64,000 nt of DNA, from the IMG/VR virus record IMGVR_UViG_2690315754_000004, positions 1,612-65,611 of that record; one strand, 5' to 3'. The stretch's first letter is position 1. Every line of letters starts with the position of its first letter. A program made the position numbers and the translations under genes. Below, in pieces: positions 56,939 to 64,000 of the stretch. The stretch comes from a virus. Its lineage: Duplodnaviria > Caudoviricetes. Under the pieces are notes generated by a model. That model ran no database searches and had not been told where the DNA came from. It saw nothing but the letters and a program-made list of their open reading frames with translations.

Positions 56939-57190
56939 ATGAATATCCGACCAGAAAACCCTATAGATCACGCTTTAGCCGAAGCATTACTGATTTTTAT
57001 CCAGTCAACCGGTCCGACTGAATATCATCGATTAGCAGAAGTTCTATGTTGCAAATCATCGACAGCTAAAAGGATGACGGTCGATGAGTTGAAAAGGGCA
57101 CTCAATATCCTTGCGGCAAATGGCTTGATAAATCTCAAGCCACTAAGCAACGCGGGTATATTGATCGACGTTCAGCGGGGGGTGGCTTGA
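56939..57190 (+). CDS. Small wHTH-like hypothetical protein
   Basis: GAGGTG RBS; overlaps the primase start. Confidence 0.55.
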   Translation: MNIRPENPIDHALAEALLIFIQSTGPTEYHRLAEVLCCKSSTAKRMTVDELKRALNILAANGLINLKPLSNAGILIDVQRGVA

Positions 57191-59598
57191 TCGGTGAATT
57201 TTTTGCAACGTTCTTTAGCCACAAAGAGGAATGCCTCTATTTTCACCTGTGGCGAAGCCGTAGCAAAATATCCACATGGTTCACCGATCCGGCCGATGCA
57301 GCCGCATCGGTCAAGGCCGATGATACCAACGTATATTTCGGAATGGGGCTATCAAGAAAAGACCTTGGACCCCACAAGAGATTGACCGCTGACACCACAG
57401 CTGGGATAGTCGGCCTGGGCATCGATCTTGATATCGCCGGGCCGGGCCATCAGAAGAAAAACCTGCCACCTGATATCAATGCTGCCCGAAAGATTATCGA
57501 TGGGTTTCCTCTACGGCCTACCATGATCATTCATTCAGGACATGGCCTGCAAGCCTTCTGGATTTTTAAAGAGCCATGGATTTTTGAGTCTGAAAATGAA
57601 CGTGAACAGGCCCAAATCTTAGCGCGTCGGTTCAACGGCACCTTTCAAAAAAAGTACAACCTGAAATATGAAATCGACAGCACCTTCGACCTAAGTCGGG
57701 TTTATCGTGTGGCCGGCACGATCAACAGCAAGCCCGGATGCCCGGATGTAAGGGCAGAAATTGTCGAGGTCAACGACTACTATTATAATATAGATAGCTT
57801 CGAAGCATTTCTGCTTCCCATCGATCAGATCGAAAATAGGCCGTCCGGCAAAGCCGATTGCAAGCCTGTCACAATCGATCCGAATCAAGTGGTCGATCCC
57901 GGTTTGACCGAACTGCTTTCACAGGCTTCTGACAAATTCCAGGCGACTTGGAATCATCAACGTCCTGACCTACCATCGCCGAGCGAGTATGATCTTGCGC
58001 TTGCATCACAGGCGATTAATTGCGGCATCGACGAAGAGAATATTGGCCCGTTAATTCTTGCATTCAGGCGAAAGCATCATTTAGAGCCTCAAAAGGCGCT
58101 TCGTGTGGATTATATCCAGCGCACCATTGCCAGGGCAAAGCAGAGCATTGCCAACGGCCAGACATTAAAGAGCTATCCCCTGACCGATACCGGGTTAGCT
58201 GAACGCTTCGCAGAACAGTACCGCGATCAAGTGAGATACTGTCACACTATGGGCAAGTGGTTCATATGGAACGGCCGGCAATGGGCACCTGACAATGGTG
58301 GAAAAATAAAAAGCCTTGCAAAAAATGTTGTCAGAAAAATCTATGGTGAAGCACAATCGGAAAACGATCCTGACCAAAGAAAGAAAATCGTGCAATTTGC
58401 TGTGAAAAGTGAATCCAAAAGAGCACGAAATGACATGATCGATCTGGCGCAGAGTGAAGACGGGGTGCCGGTTCGGGCAGAAGAGCTTGACGCTAACCCG
58501 TGGCTGCTCAATTTGAAAAACGGTACGCTCAATTTAAAGACCGATGTGCTTCAATTACACAATCCGGGTGACATGATCACAAAAATGGCGCCCGTGGCCT
58601 ATGATCCGAGCGCCACAGCGCCGACCTGGATCAAGTATCTATCCGATGTGTTGGCGCCAGAAGATGCAGCTTTTGTTCAACGGGCGGCCGGATACAGCCT
58701 GACCGGGGACACTTCCGAGCAGTGCCTTTTCTTTCTTTATGGCGATGGAAGCAACGGCAAGAGCGTCTTTGTCAACACATTGCGCAAAATTTTGGGCGAT
58801 TTAGCTATCCAATCGGACTTTGGCGCATTTTTGGTCAAAAGAGGATCGAGCGTCCCAAATGACATTGCCAGATTGGCGGGCGCCCGAATGGTAATTGCCA
58901 ACGAACTGGCAGAGGGTGAGCAGTTGAACGAGGTGTTCGTAAAAACCGTCACCGGAAATGACACAATTGCAGCCAGGTTTCTGCATCAAGAATTTTTTGA
59001 ATTCGAACCGCTTTGTAAAATCCTGCTTGTCGGCAACCACCTGCCGAGAATCACCGGCACTGACCATGCAATCTGGCGACGCATCAAATTGGTCAATTTT
59101 CCGAACCGCATTGCCGACCACATGCAGGACAAGCGCCTTGAACAGAAGCTAAGCCGCGAATTGCCCGGCATATTGAATTGGGCGCTTGAGGGCTTGCGGC
59201 AGTGGCGGAAAAGCGGCCTGCAACCGCCTCAGAGCGTTCAGGTTAACACAGATCAGTATCGGGCTATCAGCGATTCGGTTCAGCTGTTCATCAATGAGCA
59301 GTGCGCCCTTAGCCAAGGGGCCTGGGTCGTAAAGGCCGACTTGTATGCAGCCTATTCAAAGTGGTGTCAGGACAGCGAGATTGAATGCCTATCTGATAAT
59401 TTGTTCAGCCGTAGGGTGAAAAATTGTGGTGTGTCCGATAGTCACTCGCGCGTCAATGGCACACCTAAACGAATTTGGACCGGAATAGAGCTTTCCGATG
59501 AAGATGGCAAAAATGCGTTAACAAAAACCAAATGCGTTAACAAATGCGTAACAGCGGAAGTTATTGAATTAAAATCAAAAATGACACAGTTCGACTGA
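57187..59598 (+). CDS. Primase (AEP/RepB-like)-D5 helicase fusion
   Basis: IDLD, HSGHGLQAFW, RVAGT.N.K, Walker A GDGSNGKS and AIWRRI. Confidence 0.9.
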   Translation: MIGEFFATFFSHKEECLYFHLWRSRSKISTWFTDPADAAASVKADDTNVYFGMGLSRKDLGPHKRLTADTTAGIVGLGIDLDIAGPGHQKKNLPPDINAARKIIDGFPLRPTMIIHSGHGLQAFWIFKEPWIFESENEREQAQILARRFNGTFQKKYNLKYEIDSTFDLSRVYRVAGTINSKPGCPDVRAEIVEVNDYYYNIDSFEAFLLPIDQIENRPSGKADCKPVTIDPNQVVDPGLTELLSQASDKFQATWNHQRPDLPSPSEYDLALASQAINCGIDEENIGPLILAFRRKHHLEPQKALRVDYIQRTIARAKQSIANGQTLKSYPLTDTGLAERFAEQYRDQVRYCHTMGKWFIWNGRQWAPDNGGKIKSLAKNVVRKIYGEAQSENDPDQRKKIVQFAVKSESKRARNDMIDLAQSEDGVPVRAEELDANPWLLNLKNGTLNLKTDVLQLHNPGDMITKMAPVAYDPSATAPTWIKYLSDVLAPEDAAFVQRAAGYSLTGDTSEQCLFFLYGDGSNGKSVFVNTLRKILGDLAIQSDFGAFLVKRGSSVPNDIARLAGARMVIANELAEGEQLNEVFVKTVTGNDTIAARFLHQEFFEFEPLCKILLVGNHLPRITGTDHAIWRRIKLVNFPNRIADHMQDKRLEQKLSRELPGILNWALEGLRQWRKSGLQPPQSVQVNTDQYRAISDSVQLFINEQCALSQGAWVVKADLYAAYSKWCQDSEIECLSDNLFSRRVKNCGVSDSHSRVNGTPKRIWTGIELSDEDGKNALTKTKCVNKCVTAEVIELKSKMTQFD

Positions 59599-59760
59599 TT
59601 TGTTACGCGTTACGCTTTTTTCGGAGTTTAGTCCTAGGAAAAAACATATGTAAAGGTAGTTTCAAAATATGCGTAACCGTTAACAAATTGAGATAACATA
59701 TTGAAAATTATAAAAATAAATGCGTAACACAATTAAAAAAATGCGTAACAATGCGTTAAC
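59511..59760. repeat. Iteron origin of element 2
   Basis: About 9 TGCGT(T)AAC/GTTACGC copies in both orientations in AT-rich DNA. Confidence 0.75.
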
Positions 59761-60000
59761 AGCCTGATAACACACTGAAAATAAATATAAAAACATAAAA
59801 ACGCGTGTTCTGTGGTAGGCACTGTGAAAGGCGGCAGTTGTGCACAAAAAGATACAGGGCCAAATAGAGCAAGTCCAGCAGATCGCCGAGCAACTTCTGT
59901 GGGTACAACGCCAGATCCCGAAGCGGTCACCTGCCCGGAAACGATCCGAAGCAGCTGTGTTCGAACTCGTTCAGCTGATGGCCGAATTAGAGCGCCAGTT

Positions 60001-60046
60001 GGGTCCTTCCGGGCCGAAGAGCTATCGAGGTCGCGCCCAGCCCGAT
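60001..60046 (+). other. cos-like packaging site
   Basis: GGGTCCTTCCGG (cosQ-like) then AGGTCGCGCCC, about 60-100 bp upstream of terS. Confidence 0.7.
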
Positions 60047-60101
60047 AGCCATCCAGGAATAGGGGCCAAAAACCTATAAAGATATCAGGAAGATAGCTAA
60101 T

Positions 60102-60575
60102 ATGAACGCAGCAAATTACGCAAAGCACCGCCAGGTGACCCCATCGCAGGTTACAGCATGGATCAAAAAGGGCCTGCTTGGCAACGCCTGCCAAAAAGTG
60201 GGCGCGCGCTACGTCATAGACCCTGTGGCAGCCGACGCGGCCTTAGAGGGCGGCCTGCATCCGTCATACGATCCAGGCGATACCGGTCCATCCTTCGCCG
60301 AGGCCAGGCGCCAAAAAGAGCACCACCTGGCAGAGCTTCGACGGCTGGAACTGGAAGAAAAAAAGGGCATGCTCGTGCCGGCCGCAGAGGTGCAGGGCCT
60401 GCTTGAAAAACTCATCATGCAGGCGCGCACCAGACTGCTTGGCATCAAGGCGCAGGTGGCCCCACTGGTGCATGAGGCCATCGCCGACGCGGCACAGCGT
60501 GAGCGCCTGCTTTTCACTGTGGAAGAGATCATCGAGGGAACTCTGAAAGATTTGAGCGATGCAAAAATTCAGTAG
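60102..60575 (+). CDS. terS: Terminase small subunit (Nu1-like)
   Basis: N-terminal HTH (YAKHRQVTPSQVTAWIKKG) and coiled coil ..KGMLVPA.EV. Confidence 0.8.
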   Translation: MNAANYAKHRQVTPSQVTAWIKKGLLGNACQKVGARYVIDPVAADAALEGGLHPSYDPGDTGPSFAEARRQKEHHLAELRRLELEEKKGMLVPAAEVQGLLEKLIMQARTRLLGIKAQVAPLVHEAIADAAQRERLLFTVEEIIEGTLKDLSDAKIQ

Positions 60576-62433
60576 TGCGGCCATCGATATATGGAACCAA
60601 GCCATCACCGCATGGCGGCCACCGCCTAAAATGACGCTCAGCCAGTGGGCCGACACGTACGCGTATCTATCCCCGGAATCGAGCGCAGAGGCCGGAAAAT
60701 GGCGCTCCTTGCCTTACCAGGCGGGCATTATGGATGCCATCACCGACCCCTGTGTGGAGCGCATCACCATCATGAAATCCGCTCGTGTGGGATACACAAA
60801 AATAATCAACCACACCATCGGCTATCACGTGCACCAGGACCCGGCACCGATCCTTGTGGTGCAACCGACCATCGAGGATGCCGAGGGGTATTCCAAAGAC
60901 GAAATCGCTCCAATGTTGCGCGATACGCCATGCCTGGCCGGCCTGGTGGCCGATGCCAGAACGCGCTACTCAAACAACACCATCCTGAAAAAATCTTTTC
61001 CAGGTGGCACGCTCATCATGGTGGGCGCCAACAGCCCGCGTGGTTTCCGGCGCATATCGGCACGCGTCGTGCTCTTCGATGAGACAGACGGTTACCCGCC
61101 AGGTGGCGCCGGCGCAGAGGGCGATCAGATCATGCTTGGCATCCGGCGCACTGAATATTTTTGGAATCGAAAAATCGTGCTTGGATCGACGCCAACCATC
61201 AGCGGTCTAAGTCGCATCGAGGACAGCTTCAACCAAAGCGATCAGCGGCGCTACTTTGTACCATGCCCGCACTGTGGCCACATGCAGGTGCTTAAGTGGC
61301 AACGCCTGACCTGGCCGAAGGGGCAACCCGAACAGGCGGCCTACCAGTGCGAGTCATGCGAAAAACTCATTGCACACAGTCACAAGCGATGGATGATTGA
61401 ACGCGGAGAATGGCGGGCGACAAAGCCCTTCAACGGCCATGCCGGTTTCCACATTTGGGCCGCGTACAGCTACAGCCCAAATGCCACCTGGGCCAAACTG
61501 GCCGAAGAGCGCGAATCCATCGGCAAAAATCGCGACAAGTTAAAGACCTTCATCAATACCGTGCTGGGTGAGTGCTGGGAGGATCGAGGCAGCCAACCCG
61601 CCTGGGAAAACCTACACACACGCTGCGAACCATATCCGTTCATGGAAGTGCCGGCCGGCGCCTACCTGCTTACCTGTGGCACCGATGTGCAACACGACCG
61701 CCTTGCCGTGGTCATTCGGGCCTGGGGCCGTGGCGAGGCGTCATACCTGGTGTTCTGGGGCGAGCTATACGGCGACACCTCACAGCCCGAAGTGTGGGGG
61801 CAGCTGGATCAATTATTAAATCGAAATTACCGACACGCATCGGGCGCCGATCTGCAAATAGTCAGTGCTGCTATCGACAGCGGCGACGGCAACCGAACGC
61901 AGGTGGTCTATAACTTTGTCCGAACGCGCGGGCCGCGATGTTTTGCGGTCAAGGGCCAGTCGCAACCGGGCAAGCCGATCATCGGCCGGCCGCATGCTGT
62001 GGACGTGAGTTATCGAGGCACCACCATCAAGGCCGGCGTGCAAGTCTGGCCTGTGGGCAGCGACACAGGCAAATCAACGATTTACTCCCGCCTGCAGCAG
62101 ACCAATGGGCAAGGCGTCTACCATTGGCCGATCGGCCTGGATGCCGACTACTTTCAACAGCTGACAGCCGAAAAACAGATCACAAAATATCACAAGGGCT
62201 ATCCGGTCCTTGAGTGGCAAAAAATCCGCAGCAAAAACGAGGCGCTCGACTGTGAGGTATACGCCTACGCGGCAGCGATCCGGGCGGGGCTTCAAAGGAT
62301 CAATTTTGAGCAATTAGAGCAACAGACCAGGGCCACAAAAACCACCACCACCAACACGGCACCATCGCGCCAGGCGCAGAGCACCAGATCTGCCCGGCCG
62401 GCAGTTTCTAGATCAAATTGGATGCAGAGGTAA
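60559..62433 (+). CDS. terL: Terminase large subunit, GpA family
   Basis: KSARVGYTK, LFDE.D.Y, GSTPT, GTDVQ.DR and NEALDC.VY. Confidence 0.95.
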   Translation: MQKFSSAAIDIWNQAITAWRPPPKMTLSQWADTYAYLSPESSAEAGKWRSLPYQAGIMDAITDPCVERITIMKSARVGYTKIINHTIGYHVHQDPAPILVVQPTIEDAEGYSKDEIAPMLRDTPCLAGLVADARTRYSNNTILKKSFPGGTLIMVGANSPRGFRRISARVVLFDETDGYPPGGAGAEGDQIMLGIRRTEYFWNRKIVLGSTPTISGLSRIEDSFNQSDQRRYFVPCPHCGHMQVLKWQRLTWPKGQPEQAAYQCESCEKLIAHSHKRWMIERGEWRATKPFNGHAGFHIWAAYSYSPNATWAKLAEERESIGKNRDKLKTFINTVLGECWEDRGSQPAWENLHTRCEPYPFMEVPAGAYLLTCGTDVQHDRLAVVIRAWGRGEASYLVFWGELYGDTSQPEVWGQLDQLLNRNYRHASGADLQIVSAAIDSGDGNRTQVVYNFVRTRGPRCFAVKGQSQPGKPIIGRPHAVDVSYRGTTIKAGVQVWPVGSDTGKSTIYSRLQQTNGQGVYHWPIGLDADYFQQLTAEKQITKYHKGYPVLEWQKIRSKNEALDCEVYAYAAAIRAGLQRINFEQLEQQTRATKTTTTNTAPSRQAQSTRSARPAVSRSNWMQR

Positions 62434-62437
62434 AATA

Positions 62438-62638
62438 ATGAAAGAAAGGCAGCAATATATACAGGTTTCGAAAGCTGCAAAAATGCTTGATTGCAGCGCC
62501 GAGTATGTCCACAAACTGATTGCAGACCGGCACCTGACAGCCATCAATGTTGGGGCTCGTATGACGCGCGTCAGTGTTGAGTCTCTAATGAATTTTATCA
62601 GGCGGTCAAGGGTCGATCCGGATAGCTATGCTCAGTGA
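62438..62638 (+). CDS. Excisionase-like HTH protein
   Basis: VSKAAKMLDCSAEYVHKLI...L.AI; upstream of int. Confidence 0.75.
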   Translation: MKERQQYIQVSKAAKMLDCSAEYVHKLIADRHLTAINVGARMTRVSVESLMNFIRRSRVDPDSYAQ

Positions 62639-62782
62639 TCAAAGATGCCAGGTATTGCCATAAACAATCAAATCGGGATACAAAGTGACACCCACAGGAT
62701 AGGGTCGCTCCCGAAAAGCCGGAAACCCTTTGCCGGCCTGCCTGTGGGCATATTCAAAGGGGCAGCCAAAAAGGGGGCTAAG

Positions 62783-64000
62783 ATGGCAATTTTACAAGAA
62801 TGTCCGGCCTGCAAGCGCAAACAATCCGTGAAAAAAAAGCGATGTGTTTCTTGTGGCCTGGAATTGGATGAGTTAAAAAAATCCCGACTGGTCAAATACT
62901 GGATTGATTTTAGATATCGCGATCCAAAGACCGGCAAGACCGTACAACGACGTGAGAGCGTCGAGGCCATGGAGGGGCTTCAAGGAAATTCCATTGCCGA
63001 TGCACGCACAGCCCTTGCAAAGCGGTCGGTTCAGAAAGCAGAAAACCGGGTGCTCGATATCCTGCCTGAACACAAACTCACATTTTCAGAACTGGCCGAT
63101 TGGTACTTGGCGTTAGAGTCTGTAAAAACACTAAAATCATACAAAACGGTAAAGGGATACATTAACAAATTCAAAGAGGCTTACGGGCAACGAATTGTGG
63201 CCGATATTTTACCGGCTGACCTTGAGGATTTGCAAGCCAAGCGCCTGGGGCAAAATTTAAAATTAAAAACCATTGACGATGAAATAAATTACGTCAAAAC
63301 GATGGTCATCAAGGGCTTCGATAACGGCAAGGTCGGGGGTGATGCCCTTCGCTCTTTCCGGCGCGTCAAAAAATTGTTAAAGGGTCATGCCAATGCTCGA
63401 GACAGATATTTGACCATCGATGAATTTGCCCGGCTTCTTGAGGCCAGTCCGAACCATCTTAAAAATATTTTGACGATCGGGTATTGGTCCGGTATGCGCA
63501 AAGGTGAAATTACGGCGTTGACCTGGGATAAAATCGATATGAAGGGCCGCATGATCCGGCTTGAGGCCGAAGACACCAAAGAGGGGAAGGCCAAGTCGAT
63601 CCCGATGGCAGAGGCCGTCTATCGGGTTATCCAGTCAATTCCAAGGTCTATTCACGATCCCCATGTGTTTCTCTATTACAGCAAGCCGATCACCAGGAAT
63701 TTTAGCCAGGGGCTTAAATCTGCCTGCAAAAATGCGGGCATTGCCTGGGGGCGTGACGTGAAAGGCGGCTTTATTTTCCATGATCTACGGCACACCTTCG
63801 TCACTGATATGAGGCGAGCAGGTGTTGACCGTACCGTTCGAATGGCGATCACCGGTCACGCCATCCACGATATGGATCAGCGGTATGATGTGGTCGAAGA
63901 GTCGGATAAACTGGAAGCGATCAGGCGGCTTGAAAAGTATCGTTCGAAGGTGGCCTGTTTAACGAATGTTGACCAAACGTTGACTAAATCGGGTTTTTAA
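62783..64000 (+). CDS. int: Tyrosine integrase (N-terminal Zn ribbon)
   Basis: GMRKGE (R), TKEG (K), FHDLRH, TGH and RY; TAA stop at 64000. Confidence 0.95.
   Translation: MAILQECPACKRKQSVKKKRCVSCGLELDELKKSRLVKYWIDFRYRDPKTGKTVQRRESVEAMEGLQGNSIADARTALAKRSVQKAENRVLDILPEHKLTFSELADWYLALESVKTLKSYKTVKGYINKFKEAYGQRIVADILPADLEDLQAKRLGQNLKLKTIDDEINYVKTMVIKGFDNGKVGGDALRSFRRVKKLLKGHANARDRYLTIDEFARLLEASPNHLKNILTIGYWSGMRKGEITALTWDKIDMKGRMIRLEAEDTKEGKAKSIPMAEAVYRVIQSIPRSIHDPHVFLYYSKPITRNFSQGLKSACKNAGIAWGRDVKGGFIFHDLRHTFVTDMRRAGVDRTVRMAITGHAIHDMDQRYDVVEESDKLEAIRRLEKYRSKVACLTNVDQTLTKSGF
63967..63988 (+). repeat. Arm-type sites of element 2 (right)
   Basis: TGTTGACCAAA-CGTTGACTAAA in the 3' end of int. Confidence 0.75.

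Larger units (their letters stand above)
44570..64000 (+). mobile_element. Element 2: ~19.5-kb integrated phage-like element (candidate satellite)
   Basis: selC fragment at left and integrase at right, with matching arm repeats at both ends. Confidence 0.85.

Noticed and set aside
62783-64000. Integrase as the integron integrase (IntI) for the array
   Set aside because: I see no IntI-specific insertion or IntI motifs. It has its own arm sites and xis, and lies 50 kb away in another element.

Overview
Two tandem phage-type elements, probably from a Desulfobacterota/deltaproteobacterial host (inference), meet at a duplicated 3' end of tRNA-Sec (selC, 44544-44569). Element 1 (<1 to ~44540, mostly minus strand, GC-rich) is a temperate siphovirus prophage. 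It has a cro/cI/ImmA switch, a cosQ-like site, split helicase and primase genes around an iteron origin, ParB, GpA-type terminase, portal, protease-capsid fusion, tail tube, tape measure and a D3112-like tail tip. Its integrase is not in the window. It carries an AT-rich integron-type cassette array with 6 attC sites and no intI (6052-12404), loaded with defence-like genes and a repeated REP/MITE-like element. A second attC lies between terL and the portal. Element 2 (~44570 to >64000, about 19.5 kb, plus strand) is compact and looks intact. It encodes integrase, xis, primase-helicase, ori, cos, terminase, a lambda-like head and a tail shaft (terminator, tube, chaperones, neck, tape measure) homologous to element 1. 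It has no recognisable tail tip, receptor-binding protein, lysis genes or repressor, so it is a candidate new kind of phage satellite. All product calls come from motifs read by eye; no database searches were run. Two single-base frameshifts in homopolymers are probably sequencing errors.
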